Assembly (NCBI GenBank): GCA_035473115.1
Contig: DATION010000001.1
Coordinates: forward strand, 461-64,460
From: Candidatus Udaeobacter sp.
GTDB lineage: Bacteria > Patescibacteriota > Patescibacteriia > Magasanikbacterales > GWA2-37-8
DNA: 64,000 bases
Direction: 5' to 3'
Shown here: piece by piece, positions 26,237-40,000 of the stretch
Layout: every line of letters starts with the position of its first letter
Position numbering within the stretch: position 1 is the stretch's first letter
The notes under the pieces: generated by a model
Seen by the model: the letters and a program-made list of their open reading frames with translations, nothing else
What the model was told of the DNA's origin: nothing
The model's database searches: none
Position numbers and translations under genes: made by a program

Positions 26237-26615
26237 GTAAACAATATTTAAAAAATTGAACCCCGCGATGCCGGAGCATGCGGGGGCGGGCGGGAGAGGG
26301 TGGCCAAGTTAGTTGTACCTATGCCGCCTTCTTCGGTGATTGTGCTGGAAGTTACGAGGTTTGTTCCTGCCGCGTTGTGCGCGTTGTGAAATTTTCCAGC
26401 GTTTGGTTCCCGGGTAGAACACTTCAGACCGGGGAATGAAACCGTGTCCGGTTATCATGGTTCTATGTGGAGCTCGTTGCCCCATCATAATCCACCAGCA
26501 GGCGAAAGCCGGAATAAAATTAATGAACATTTACTCTCCTTTGCAGAGAAGTTGTTGTGTTTTTTACTCTCCGTTTGATGACACAATTTTAACAGGTTTT
26601 TGTAAGCAGTCAAGC
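26237..26615 (-). other. GC-elevated noncoding region between tgt and trpS (candidate structured RNA or leader). A GC-rich terminator ends about 60 nt upstream of the trpS start.
   Basis: GC visibly about 50-55% against mid-30s flanks. Minus-strand hairpin CCCCGC...GCGGGG followed by TTCAATTTTTT at about 26238-26275. The embedded 73-aa ORF (26309-26530) has an Arg-rich tail typical of a spurious reading frame. Confidence 0.3.
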
Positions 26616-27779
<1,164 letters not shown>

Positions 27780-27841
27780 CTATCTTAGACGATTTTGTCT
27801 AAACAATCAAGCTGTGGTACTATCTTTCACATACTATTAAT

Positions 27842-29866
27842 ATGATAAATTTTTCTGCGGAATTAAACCCGGAACAGCTAGAAGTTGTTTTGCACGGTGA
27901 TGGACCGTGTTTAGTTTTGGCTGGCGCGGGCAGCGGCAAGACCAGAGTCATTACCTACCGAGTGGCTTATCTTTTAGAAAAAGGAGTTAGCCCAGAAAAT
28001 GTTTTGCTGGTTACTTTTACCAATAAAGCGGCTGATGAAATGATTCGCCGTATGCAGCAGCTTACAGGTGTAGAAGAAAAATTGCCTTGGGCGGGAACTT
28101 TTCACCACATTGCCTACAGAATTTTGCGGCAATATGCTCCGCTATTGGGTCATAAAAATAATTTTTCCGTATTGGATAGCGATGACAGTGAAGCGTTAGT
28201 CAAGTTATGTGCCAAACCATTTAAATCAGAAGACAAAAGAAAATTTCCTTCCGCTTCTATTTTACAAAATATTATTAGTTACAGCCGTAACTCTCAGTCG
28301 AGTATAAATGATGTTTTGGAATCAAAATATCCGCAGTGGCTAATTATTGAAGATCAGATAAAAAGTATTGCTCATGAGTATGGCTTAAAAAAGAAAGAAG
28401 CTAATGCCATGGACTTTGATGATCTGCTGGTTAATTTTTTATTATTGCTCAATAGTCAATCAGTTTTGCAAAAATATGCCGAGCAGTTCAAATATATTTT
28501 GGTGGATGAATATCAAGATACGAATAAAATTCAGGCTTCCATAATAAAAAAATTAGCCTCGGTTCATAATAATATTTTGGTGGTAGGCGATGATGCGCAA
28601 AGTATTTATTCTTTTCGCGCGGCCGATGTGCAAAATATTCTTGAGTTCGAAAAAGATTATCCGAACGCCAAAATTTTTAAATTGGAAACCAATTATCGTT
28701 CCAGCCAGGAAATTTTGGATGTGGCCAATGAAGTCATCTCTTTTAATTTGAAGCAGTATAAAAAAGAATTAAAAACTTTGTCTAAAAGCGGATTGAAACC
28801 AAGCTTGCATCCGCAGATGGATGCGGCCGGAGAAGCTGAGTTTGTGACCAGTAAAATTTTGGAATTAATAGATGGCGGTACGCCGGAAAACGAAATTGCC
28901 GTTTTGTTTCGCGCCGCTTATCATTCGCAGATGCTCGAAATGGAATTAGTCAAAGCTGGAATTAGTTATGATTATCGAGGGGGCTTAAGATTTTTTGAAC
29001 GTGCCCATGTCAAAGACGTTTTGGCTTATATGCGCATCTTAAATAATTTTGCTGATACTGCCGCTTGGATGCGGGTCTTGATGCATGAAGAAGGCATTGG
29101 TCCGGCCGCGGCTGGCAAAATTGTTGAAGCGCTAAAGAGCGCCACCAATGTGGAAGATGTGAAAACTATTGGCCAAAAAGTTTTGGGAGAAAAAGCCAAG
29201 AATGGTTGGTATAGTTTTGTGCGGATTTGGGAAGCGATGCTGGGAAATAGCAAAACCGATGCAGCTGCTTTAATTGACGCAATTATAAATTCTCCGTACA
29301 AAGATTATTTGGAGTCAGAATTTTTGGATAGCAAAGATAGACTGGAAGACTTGGTGCAGCTGCAAGTTTTTGCCAAAAAATATAATGAACTGGAACAATT
29401 TTTGGCCGAAGCGACTCTGCAAGAATCTTTTAATATCAAAAATAATCAAAGCAAAAATCATCATGGCCCGAAAGTTGTTCTTTCAACTATTCATCAAGCC
29501 AAAGGTTTGGAATGGTCGGCCGTATTTATTATTAATTTATCCAGTGGCGCTTTTCCTAGCGATCGATCTTTTCGCGAACCCAATGGTTTGGAAGAAGAGC
29601 GCCGTTTGTTTTATGTGGCCATCACCCGCGCCAAAAAATATTTACATTTGACTTATCCCATGGCTGGCGGCGGATTTGGCGACTCTATGTCCGGCCCAAG
29701 TTTGTTTTTGGGAGAAATTAGTTCGGATTTAATTGAAGACCATTCTTTATTATCGGGCAATGGCTTGGTTTTAAATGATGAAGAAGCGGGAGTGACTTAT
29801 GAATCGGAAGACAAGCCTTTACAGATTAAACCAGGCAGTTTTTTGCGCAGTTTGGATGATTTATAG
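27842..29866 (+). CDS. UvrD/PcrA-family ATP-dependent DNA helicase
   Basis: Walker A GAGSGKTRV. Motifs II (VDEYQD) and VI. Confidence 0.85.
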   Translation: MINFSAELNPEQLEVVLHGDGPCLVLAGAGSGKTRVITYRVAYLLEKGVSPENVLLVTFTNKAADEMIRRMQQLTGVEEKLPWAGTFHHIAYRILRQYAPLLGHKNNFSVLDSDDSEALVKLCAKPFKSEDKRKFPSASILQNIISYSRNSQSSINDVLESKYPQWLIIEDQIKSIAHEYGLKKKEANAMDFDDLLVNFLLLLNSQSVLQKYAEQFKYILVDEYQDTNKIQASIIKKLASVHNNILVVGDDAQSIYSFRAADVQNILEFEKDYPNAKIFKLETNYRSSQEILDVANEVISFNLKQYKKELKTLSKSGLKPSLHPQMDAAGEAEFVTSKILELIDGGTPENEIAVLFRAAYHSQMLEMELVKAGISYDYRGGLRFFERAHVKDVLAYMRILNNFADTAAWMRVLMHEEGIGPAAAGKIVEALKSATNVEDVKTIGQKVLGEKAKNGWYSFVRIWEAMLGNSKTDAAALIDAIINSPYKDYLESEFLDSKDRLEDLVQLQVFAKKYNELEQFLAEATLQESFNIKNNQSKNHHGPKVVLSTIHQAKGLEWSAVFIINLSSGAFPSDRSFREPNGLEEERRLFYVAITRAKKYLHLTYPMAGGGFGDSMSGPSLFLGEISSDLIEDHSLLSGNGLVLNDEEAGVTYESEDKPLQIKPGSFLRSLDDL

Positions 29867-29930
29867 GTTGACTTTTGAGTGATTTTTTGGTATAATATAT
29901 AGGTAAGATTTTTATTTTTTAAATTAAAAT

Positions 29931-30587
29931 ATGCCAGATGAAAGAGGTGGAAGATATTTTGGCGGTAAAAGAATAGATGAAAAATTAGGAACTACCGTCG
30001 GTGGAGAAATTGAGCCTACAGAAGTGGTAAATGCGGAACCTTTTGCTCAAGCAAGCTCTATTGATGAGATGATAGCCATTTTAAGACAATTGCCTGAAAC
30101 GACATTTATAGACAATTATAACAAACCTGCTGGAGAATCTTATAGAAAAGTTCTAGAGGTTATAAAAGAAGGAATAGGTAGAGGGATTGTCTTACCAAAG
30201 GAAGTATTCCGTTTGGTTTCTGGTAAATTTGGCTTGCGAGAGTCTGTTGTTAGGGTAATGTCTCCTAGCTTTATACAGGACAATACATTTGCTGATGTTA
30301 TGCCAAAATTGCGCAGAGCTGAAGAGCAAAATCAAGAGCTCGTGGCTTTCCGTGATATTACCGGTAAACCTCTATCTTTACTAAAAAATACCAGTGGTGA
30401 TGCTATAGATATAGCAAACTATATTAAAACTTTAGAGAATATTATAGGAAGTTTCGGTAATCAGTATCCTCCTGATCGCGACTCTCTTCATGCTGTGGCA
30501 GAGAAATTTACTAGCTCACAGGGGTTTAGAGGAGCGGTAAAAAGAAGCATAGAGAATGCTTTAGCGGCGTATCAAAGAAATCCTTGA
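29931..30587 (+). CDS. Hypothetical protein
   Basis: 218-aa ORF. No motif recognised. Confidence 0.4.
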   Translation: MPDERGGRYFGGKRIDEKLGTTVGGEIEPTEVVNAEPFAQASSIDEMIAILRQLPETTFIDNYNKPAGESYRKVLEVIKEGIGRGIVLPKEVFRLVSGKFGLRESVVRVMSPSFIQDNTFADVMPKLRRAEEQNQELVAFRDITGKPLSLLKNTSGDAIDIANYIKTLENIIGSFGNQYPPDRDSLHAVAEKFTSSQGFRGAVKRSIENALAAYQRNP

Positions 30588-30612
30588 CATTTTTTTGATT
30601 TTAATTTATACT
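30584..30612 (+). promoter_or_regulatory. Sigma-70-type promoter for the str operon
   Basis: TTGACA, 17-nt spacer, TATACT, about 220 nt upstream of rpsL. Leader hairpins follow. Confidence 0.5.
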
Positions 30613-30833
30613 CATACCTAGAACGCAAATAACACTCGTGGCTGAGCAACTTCCGTTCAGTTTTTTTGTTACTGGCTCGAAATTTATAGCTTAAGCTAAT
30701 AAATTTCATTAGCAGTAACAATCCGCCGAGTTTGCTGATACCCAGAGCCGAATGGTTGTGCGGTGGAGCGAGAGGGGGATATCTAACATTAAATTTAAGA
30801 CTTATTAATTTAACTCAAAGAAATTAGCAGACT

Positions 30834-31262
30834 ATGCCTACAATAAATCAGCTTATCCGCAAAGGTAGACACAGCAAGGTACGCAAAAGCAAAGTACCTG
30901 CTTTGCAGTTTACCATCGACAACTTGCACAGACGCAAAACTATTTTTGCCAAAGGAACTTCTTTTAAGAGAGGTGTTTGTACCAAGGTATATACCACTAC
31001 TCCAAAAAAACCAAACTCTGCTTTGCGTAAAGTAGCCAAGGTTCGTCTTTCCAACGGTATGGAAGTTATCGCTTATATTCCTGGAGAAGGACACAATTTA
31101 CAGGAACACTCCATCGTATTATTACGCGGCGGCCGTGTAAAAGATTTACCAGGTGTGCGTTATCATATCGTACGCGGTGTTTATGATGCTCAGGGTGTGG
31201 AAGGCAGAAAAAAGGGTCGCAGTTTGTATGGCGCCAAGAGACCAAAGGCAGCTAAGAAATAG
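30834..31262 (+). CDS. rpsL: 30S ribosomal protein S12
   Basis: [13 protein letters not shown]-terminus and overall S12 sequence. Confidence 0.95.
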   Translation: MPTINQLIRKGRHSKVRKSKVPALQFTIDNLHRRKTIFAKGTSFKRGVCTKVYTTTPKKPNSALRKVAKVRLSNGMEVIAYIPGEGHNLQEHSIVLLRGGRVKDLPGVRYHIVRGVYDAQGVEGRKKGRSLYGAKRPKAAKK

Positions 31263-31295
31263 TAATTCCTAAATCATTTATCATCATAAAATAAT

Positions 31296-31772
31296 ATGCG
31301 CGGTGGAAAAAAAGATTACTTAAGAGTGATAGCTCCGGACCCAAAATACGGCAGTGTATCTCTGGCTAAATTTATCAATCATATAATGAAAGGCGGAAAG
31401 AAAACAGTTGCGCAAACAATTGTTTATTCTGCTTTTGACAAAATTGCGGCAGCCAAAAAAGATCCGATGAAAACTTTTGAGGATGCCATCAAAACTGTGC
31501 AGCCTCAAGTAGAAGTTCGTTCTCGCCGAGTTGGCGGAGCCAACTACCAGGTGCCGATGCCGGTTAGCGCCAGCCGCCAAAATGCTCTAACTTTCCGTTG
31601 GATTGTAGATGCAGCTCGCAGCAAAAAAGGCCAGGCTATGGCCGATAAATTAGCTGCAGTTTTAATGGACAGCGCCCAAGGCGTTGGTGATGCAATTAAA
31701 AAACGCGATGATGTTCACAGAATGGCTGAAGCCAACAAGGCCTTTGCTCATTTTGCGAGATTTGCTAAGTAA
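31296..31772 (+). CDS. rpsG: 30S ribosomal protein S7
   Basis: S7 family. Conserved operon position after rpsL. Confidence 0.9.
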   Translation: MRGGKKDYLRVIAPDPKYGSVSLAKFINHIMKGGKKTVAQTIVYSAFDKIAAAKKDPMKTFEDAIKTVQPQVEVRSRRVGGANYQVPMPVSASRQNALTFRWIVDAARSKKGQAMADKLAAVLMDSAQGVGDAIKKRDDVHRMAEANKAFAHFARFAK

Positions 31773-31784
31773 AAATTAAATTTT

Positions 31785-33860
31785 ATGCCACGTGAATTTG
31801 CTTTGGATAAATCGAGAAATATCGGCATCATGGCTCACATTGATGCAGGTAAAACTACTACTACTGAGCGTGTTTTGTTTTATACAGGTAAAAAACATAA
31901 GATCGGTGAAGTGCATGAAGGTGCTGCCGAAATGGACTGGATGGAACAAGAAAAAGAACGCGGTATTACTATTACTTCCGCGGCTACTACCTGTTTTTGG
32001 AAAGGTTTTCGTATCAATATCATTGATACTCCGGGCCACGTAGATTTTACCGTAGAAGTAGAGCGTTCTCTGCGCGTTTTAGACGGCGCGGTTGCTTTAT
32101 TTGATAGTTCTCAGGGTGTGGAACCACAATCAGAAACTGTTTGGCACCAAGCGGATAAATATAATGTTTCCCGCATTGCTTTTGTAAATAAAATGGATAA
32201 ACTTGGAGCTGACTTCTTTATGAGTTTAGCTTCCATTAATGAAAGATTATCCAAAGATGCTGTGGCTGTACAGTTGCCGATTGGCGCAGATAGCACATTT
32301 TCTGGATTAATTGATTTAATCGAAGAAAAGGCTTTTAAATTTGAAGGCCAGCACGGAGAAAATATCGTTGAAATTCCTATTCCGGAAGACATGAAAGAAA
32401 TGGTAAAAGAATACAGAGGAAAAATGATTGAAAAAGTTTCCGAAGCTTCCGATGAATTAATGGACAAGTATCTTAACGGTCAATCTTTGACAGTTGAAGA
32501 AATTAAAAAAGCGATCAGAGTTTTGGTTTTGCAAAGTAAAATGTACCCAGTTCTTTGCGGATCTGCTTTGTCCAATATCGGTGTGCAGTTCATGCTTGAT
32601 GCTGTAACTGCTTATCTGCCTTCTCCTTTGGATATGCCACCGGTCAAAGGTGTTAATCCGGATTCCGAAGCTGAAGAAACTCGTCAGGCCGATGATAATC
32701 AGCCATTCTCCGCTTTAGCTTTTAAAATTGCTACTGATCCGTTTGTTGGTAAATTAATTTTCTTCCGTGTTTATTCCGGCCATGTTTCCGCTGGTAGTTA
32801 TGTTTACAACAGCACCAATGGCACCAAAGAACGCTTGGGCAGAATCGTGCGTATGCATGCTAACCACCGTGAAGATGTAACTGATGTTTATGCCGGAGAA
32901 ATCGCGGCAGCCATTGGTTTAAAATCGACTTTTACCGGTGATACTCTTTGCTCTGAAGATAATCCAGTAATTTTGGAAAAAATTGTTTTCCCAGAGCCGG
33001 TTATCTCTATTGCTATTGAACCAAAAACAAAAGCTGACCAAGAAAGAATTGGTATGGCTCTGCAAAAAATGACTGAAGAAGATCCAACCTTCCGCGTACG
33101 CACCGATGAAGAAACATTGCAGACTATTATTTCCGGCATGGGTGAATTGCACTTAGATATTATCGTTGATCGCATGCGTCGTGAATTTAAAGTTGAAGCT
33201 AATGTTGGTAAACCTCAAGTTGCTTATAAAGAAACAATTAAAACTTCGGCTGAAGCTGAAGGTAAATATGTTAAGCAGTCTGGTGGTAAGGGTCAGTATG
33301 GTCATTGTTGGATTAAAGTTGAGCCGATGGAACAAGGAGCTGGCTACGAATTTATTGATGAAGTAAAAGGCGGTTCTATTCCAAAAGAATTTATTCCAGC
33401 TATTGAAAAAGGTGTTAAAGCATCTTTGACCCGCGGTATTCAAGCAGGGTTCCCGGTAGTAGATGTCAAAGTTACTGTTTATGATGGTTCTTACCATGAA
33501 GTTGATTCTTCCGAACAAGCCTTTAAGATGGCCGGTTCAATGGCTTTCCAAGCAGCTTGTAAGAGAGCCAATCCAATGATTATGGAACCGATAATGAAAG
33601 TAGAAACTGTCACTCCGGAAAGTTTCATGGGTGATGTGATTGGTGACTTGAATTCCAAACGCGGACAGATTCAAGAAATGTTTGATCGCGGAACAATGAA
33701 AGTTGTGAAAGCAATTGTACCGTTGGCCAACATGTTCGGTTATGCCACCACCTTGCGCAGTATCAGTCAGGGCCGCGCCAGCTATAGTATGGAATTTGGT
33801 CATTACTCCGAAGTTCCAAGTAATGTGGCTGCAACTATTATTGCCGGTAGTCAAAAATAA
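31785..33860 (+). CDS. fusA: Elongation factor G
   Basis: GTPase G1 AHIDAGKTT and DTPGHVDF. 691 aa. Confidence 0.95.
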   Translation: MPREFALDKSRNIGIMAHIDAGKTTTTERVLFYTGKKHKIGEVHEGAAEMDWMEQEKERGITITSAATTCFWKGFRINIIDTPGHVDFTVEVERSLRVLDGAVALFDSSQGVEPQSETVWHQADKYNVSRIAFVNKMDKLGADFFMSLASINERLSKDAVAVQLPIGADSTFSGLIDLIEEKAFKFEGQHGENIVEIPIPEDMKEMVKEYRGKMIEKVSEASDELMDKYLNGQSLTVEEIKKAIRVLVLQSKMYPVLCGSALSNIGVQFMLDAVTAYLPSPLDMPPVKGVNPDSEAEETRQADDNQPFSALAFKIATDPFVGKLIFFRVYSGHVSAGSYVYNSTNGTKERLGRIVRMHANHREDVTDVYAGEIAAAIGLKSTFTGDTLCSEDNPVILEKIVFPEPVISIAIEPKTKADQERIGMALQKMTEEDPTFRVRTDEETLQTIISGMGELHLDIIVDRMRREFKVEANVGKPQVAYKETIKTSAEAEGKYVKQSGGKGQYGHCWIKVEPMEQGAGYEFIDEVKGGSIPKEFIPAIEKGVKASLTRGIQAGFPVVDVKVTVYDGSYHEVDSSEQAFKMAGSMAFQAACKRANPMIMEPIMKVETVTPESFMGDVIGDLNSKRGQIQEMFDRGTMKVVKAIVPLANMFGYATTLRSISQGRASYSMEFGHYSEVPSNVAATIIAGSQK

Positions 33861-33889
33861 TTTTAAGGGTATTTAAGCCCAAATAAACT

Positions 33890-33920
33890 AAAAATCCAGT
33901 CTAATTAGACTGGATTTTTA
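33890..33920 (+). terminator. Rho-independent terminator after fusA
   Basis: AAAAATCCAGTCT-AATT-AGACTGGATTTTT. Confidence 0.7.
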
Positions 33921-34007
33921 GTTTAAGTAAAATTTACCTAAAACTAAGTGCATCGTTTTATTTTTTATGGTATAATAAAAACCAATAAAGAAAGCCACTT
34001 TATTTTT

Positions 34008-37000
34008 ATGAAGAGGGGACAAATTTTTAGTTTATACCCAGTTCTCTTCAAGAGAAAATTAAAGAGATTATTTTTGTTGTTTAAAGAAAAATATAATCCG
34101 CATTTAATAATTATAAAAAAGAAATTTCATGTTACGGTGGCGGTAATTTTACTGACAGTAATTTTGGTAAATTTATTTCAATTTTGGTCAGTGCCGATAG
34201 TTCAGGGTGCTACCTATACTTTTGTGCAAAGAGATTGGAGCGGAGGAGTTAGTAATTCTGTAATTGTTCATCCTGATAATCAAACCGGTTGGAATAGTTT
34301 TTCTACCAGCACAAATACCTTTACATCAGGAACCACCACAGTCTCTATCGCCAGCAGCACATACAGTTCTACTGACGACGGCACTTTTTCATCCACTGGC
34401 AGCGCAACTGGCGGCGGTTTTAGCAACGGTGCAACTTCCACTACTTCTATATCAGGCAGCGGCAGCTCTGCCTCCATTAAATTATCCGGTAGCACTACAG
34501 CGGTAAATCGTGTTACTGCCACAACTACAATGACTGGTGCTTTTTATCACGGAGGTGGTCAGATGGTTGGTGCTGCTGGATCTGATTATTTATATATTAT
34601 TGAAGGAGGTAATCGAGCTGCCCCACTGCGTCGTTTGACTATCTCAACTGCTGCTACTTCCAGTTTGGCCACTTATACCTATGCGTATTTTGGCGCTCAA
34701 TTGCTTTGGAATGGCAGTGATGATTATATTTATTTAGCTGAAGGGCAAAATGATAAATTTGATCGTTATTCAATATCAGGTAATTCATGGACTTCAATGG
34801 CTAATTTTCCGGCATCTTTACCAACTGATGTTTCAGAAACTGCTGCTTTACGTTACAACACAGAAGATTACATTTATTTTTTTAGAGGCAGCAGATTTGC
34901 TGATTTTTACCGTTACTCAATCAGCGGCAACAGTTGGTCTTCACTAACCTCATTACCAATAGTAGCTGGTTATGGTATTCAGGCAACAAGAGATGCAAAC
35001 AGCGATAGTATATATGTTTTACCTGCCAATGGTACTAATTTTTATCGCTATTCTATCGCTGGAGATTCGTGGACATCTATGGCAGCTGTTCCTTTATCTT
35101 TTGGTACTACTACAAATGCCGGTATTTTGCATGATGAAGGCAGTGATTATATTTATCTTTTAGTCGGAGATCATCTGTATAGGTATTCAATTAGTGGTAA
35201 CTCCTGGACAACTATGGCTGACGCTTCGTCGGTAAATCCTGATTTTGGTACAACATTATTGCATACTGCCGGCGAAGACACAATTTATGTGACTGGCCAA
35301 TGGGATTGTTGTGCTTCTGTGAGGGTATGGGCATATTCTATTAGCGGCGACAGCTGGACACAGTATGCTATAGTTTCAAACCATAGTGGTGGTTATGGTT
35401 CGCCAAATAAAACAGCTTTTCGTCGTACTTCTGATGAGTCTTTTTATTTTATTACGGCTGCTGGTGGAGATAGTGAAGTGTTCAAATATACAATTAGTCA
35501 AACGATATATAATTCTTCTGGCAACTTTACATCTGCCAGCCTGGATTTAGGGGTTGCCAAAATGAATTCTTTGTCTTGGACCAGCACAACTCCGTCCGGA
35601 GTTGGGAGTAATTCAATCCAATTCCAACTAGCTGCCAATAATGATAACAGTACTTGGAATTATGTTGGTCCGGATGGCACAAATTCTACATTTTTTACTA
35701 GTAACGGCACAACTTCTTTTCCTTCATCTCTGCTAAACAAAAGATATTGGCGGTATAAAGCATTTTTAACTACTGCTGATACCACTGTTTCGCCATCGTT
35801 AGACAGCGTTACTTTTTCTTATTCCTCTTACGCAACCTCTAGCTCTTTAATTTCCTCTATATACGATACGGTTGATCCAACAAATGTTTTGGCCAGCATT
35901 GGTTGGAGCCCATTTTTGCCAACTAGCACTACTATTAAATTTCAACTGCGCACCGGATCTAGCACCTCCAGTATAAACTCGGCCACCTGGGTTGGTCCGG
36001 ATGGTACAGCCTCCACTTTTTTTACTAATAGTTCCGGAGAGACTACCACTTCCACTATGCGTGATGGATCCGGTGATAGATATTTCCAGTACAAGGCTTT
36101 CTTACAAACCACAAATCCTGCATTTACGCCGGTCCTTTCCAGCGTTACTAGCACCTATGTAGTTAATGCTAATCCGGAAATTCAAAATGTTTCCGCCAGT
36201 GAAAATGGTAGTGGTGTAGTAACTATTACTTATCAAGCCAGAGATCCTGATACTAGCACAGGTACTGTTAATCCGGGCTTTGTCAGCTCCACGTTTGAAT
36301 ACTTAGACGCCAACGGCGCTTATCAAACTATACCTGCCAATCAGCTTTCAGCCGGAGCAAATAGTAATTTGGCTGTTCAAGGAGTTAACTGGACTACCTC
36401 TACTGTTAGTTGGACATTGCCGTCCGGGCTTAATATTGCCGCTAGTCGGATAAGAGTAACGGTAAATGATAATGAAGCGGCGAATAACACCGCTGCCTCT
36501 TCTTCGCCTACCTTTCAGATAGATAGCGTTGCTCCATCGGCAACATCAGTAATTGTGGATGGTTCCCAAACACCAGCTCTGCTTACTTTTAATGTCAGTG
36601 ATAGTTCTACTTTATTCATGAAAGTTTCGGAAAATAGTACCTTATCAGATGTTTCTACCTGGTCAGCTTTTACAGCCACTACCACATTTACACTGAGTTC
36701 TAATCCAGATACAGTTTATGCTCAGTTTAAAGATGTTTATGGTAATACCTCAACTATTGTTCATGCCACGACACCGCAAACCCCAAATAGTTTTATCGTT
36801 CAGGATAATTCCAATGTTTTAAATGGCGCTACTGATTATCGTCTTTTTGTAGCTTGGAGAGTAGTGGCTACTCCTAGTCCGGGCTTTGGCAGCTATAAAG
36901 TTTATCGATCTGAGGATCAATCCACCTGGACTTTAATTTCAACCATTAGTTCTATCAGTGATAATTTCGTTACTGACAATACCACTGTTTCAAATACTCT

Positions 37001-40000
37001 TTACTATTATAAAGTAAAAACTGTTGATGCGGATGGCAACACTTCAGTTTTTTCTTCCATTGTAAATGGGCGCGCTAATGGCGCCCAAGATGCTGGTGAA
37101 GGTGGAGGCGGGTCAGGTGTAGGCAGCGATCCGGTTATTACTTCGGTCGCCACTTCTTCACCTACTCCATCTTCTATCACCATTACTTGGGATACGGATG
37201 CTTTATCTAATTCTGTTGTTGGTTTTTCTACTACCCCAGGAAATTTTACCGATAATACCGTGACGGTTAATTCCATGGTAAATAATTCTTCCGGAGTAGG
37301 AAATCACAATGTGGTTTTGGGAGGACTTGTTCCAAATACTACTTATTATTTTAATGTAAAATCTGTTTCCGCCAGCAACGCTTCTTCAACCGATAGTAAT
37401 GGCGGTAATGGTTATATTTTTACCACTCCTTCCGGCCCGACTATTACCGGGGTTTCGGCCGTAGAAGTTAATAATACTTTTGCCAGAGTAGTTTGGAGTA
37501 CTTCAGAAAATTCTAACAGTTCAGTAATTTATTCCACTTCCACAAGCTTAACCAACTCTGTAACCACCAGTTCTGTTCAAATGGGCACTGCCCATGATAT
37601 GACTTTAACTGGTTTAACAGCCGGTACGAGATATTATTTTTACGTTCAATCGGTCAACGGATCCGGAGTAACTTCCACAGATAAAAATTTAGTAGGTGGC
37701 ATACTTCAATATTTTAATTTGGCGACTACTCTAGACAGCACCGGTCCGACAATTTCTTCCATTGCCACCACTACCAGCGATAACTCGGCTAACATTACTT
37801 GGAACACAAACGAAAGCGCCGATTCGCAAATTATTTATGGTCTTACGACTAGTTATGGCTCCACTACTACTTTAGATAGTACTTTTACTACTCAACATTT
37901 AATGACTCTCTCGGGACTTAGTTCTTCAACAGCTTATCATTTCAAAATATTATCCAGAGATAAAAATAATAATTTAACAGCTTCAGCTGATCAATTAATA
38001 ATTACTTCCGCTACTCCCGATACTACCGCGCCAATTATTACTAGTGTTGCCACCTCTAGCGTATCTCTGACCGGCGCCACTGTTACTTGGACAACAGACG
38101 AGTTAGCTTCCTCAATTGTTGAATACGGTATTACCACTTCTTCATATAGCAGTCTGGCTGGTTCAAATTCCGATTCAGTCACTTCGCATTCTGTTTCTTT
38201 AGCTAGTCTGAGCGGCAATACTGCTTATTATTTTAGAGTTAGATCAGCTGATTCGGCCGGCAATTCGGCCATGAGTGATAATAGCGGCCAGGGCTGGCAA
38301 TTTGTTACCGTAGCCGATACCACTGGTCCGGTAATTTCGGATGTAAATCTTTTGGTCAATGATACTTCGGTAGCAATTTCTTGGACAACCAATGAGCCGG
38401 CTAGTTCAGAAGTTGATTATGATACAACTTCCAGTACATTCGGTTTTTCTAGCTCCACTGCTTCACTCGTTACCAACCATACAATTACTATTACCGGTTT
38501 AACAACTAATGTTACTTATTTCTTCCGCCTAAAATCCACGGATAGTGCTGGTAATACTACTATAGATAATAATGGCGGTGCTGCTTATAGCTTTACTACT
38601 CAACAGACTCCGGGCTTGGTTAGAGTAGGTGGCGGCGGTGGCGGAGCGCCAAGAGATACCGATCCTCCGGAAATTAGCAATCTTAGCATAACCGATATTG
38701 CTCCTAGCTCAGCTAGTGTTATTTGGCAAACCAGTGAAGATGGTAATTCTTTGGTACGGTTTGGATCAAGTATTAAATATGGAACTTTAACCGGTAATGA
38801 TTCAGAACTGCTTACTTCCAAACATAATGTCAGTCTGTTTGATTTAAAACCAGGACAAACCTATCATCTAAGAGCCGTAACTTATGATGCTGCCGGTAAT
38901 CGCGCCGAATCAATCGATAAAACTTTTTCAACTTTGAATTCAGACGGTTCGGAAGTTACCCCAAGCACTAGCACCGAAAAGACACCGGAAGAAGAGGTGA
39001 CTCCGGAAACCCAATTTATATCCGATTCTTTGCAGAAGGCTTCAAGTCAATCTTTGCAAAAGTTCCTAGCTGATATAGCTTCTAATCCATTCTTGAAAAA
39101 TATTCCTGAAGATAAGTTTATTCAAGCTATTTTCGAAATGACCAGTAAAGTAGTTGAAGCTCCGACCATCGTTGGAGTTAAACCGACAGTAGAAGTAAAA
39201 GGAACCTCCGCTCTTATTAGGTGGTCGACAGATAAAAAATCTTCCTCTGAGTTAAACTATGCCAGAGATGTTGATTATAAGCCTGCTTCTAATAACGCTT
39301 ACACTAACGCAGCTGTTAATCCGGATGAATTTAGTGTTAACCATTCTGTACAATTAACTGGTCTTGATCCGGGAGTCTTATATCACTTTAAAGTAAGTTC
39401 AAAAGGCTTAATTGGTCCGGCAGCTGTCAGCGGTGACTATACTTTCTTAACCACCGGTGATCTGCCGATAATTTCCAATATTAAAGTGGCCAGACCAACT
39501 GAATCGCAGTCTTCTATCATAGTTGATTGGAGAACCAATATTCCGACTGCCGGTACCGTAGAATATAAGAATGTTAAATCCGGACAATCCTTGACCCAAG
39601 GAGACGAAACATTGCTCGTTAATCATGAAGTTGCTCTCAAAGGTTTGGAGGGCGGCGTAAATTATACTTTAGTTATCAAAGCTAGAGATGAATTCAAAAA
39701 CGAAGTTGCCAGTTTGCCGATAACATTCTCCACTCTTTTAGATAAGATAAGTCCGGTAATAACTAAACTTTCTTCCGAATCAACTTTATACCCGGGTAAA
39801 GATTCTAAAGTTCAAACTATTATTTCTTGGGAGACAGATGAGCCGGCTACTTCTCAAGTGTTCTATCAGGAAGGTTTGGCTGGTGATAATGTAATTTCGT
39901 TGCCGCTAGACACCTCGCTTAATACTCGCCACGTGGTGGTAATAACCAAATTTAAACCTGGCACAGTTTATAAATATTGGGTAGAATCAAAGGATCTGGC

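Noticed and set aside
26237-26615. Tested the GC-rich intergenic block for RNase P RNA, tmRNA, SRP RNA and a T-box leader
   Set aside because: Partial resemblances to P4 strands (GAAAGCCGG, UCCGGCUUU) are in the wrong order or spacing. There is no tmRNA acceptor or GGAUUCGAC motif and no GGGUGGNACCGCG T-box sequence. Left as an unclassified candidate RNA.
34264-38821. Many short ORFs on both strands inside the 6-kb giant gene
   Set aside because: Internal or antisense frames within a long repeat-rich ORF. Not independent genes.
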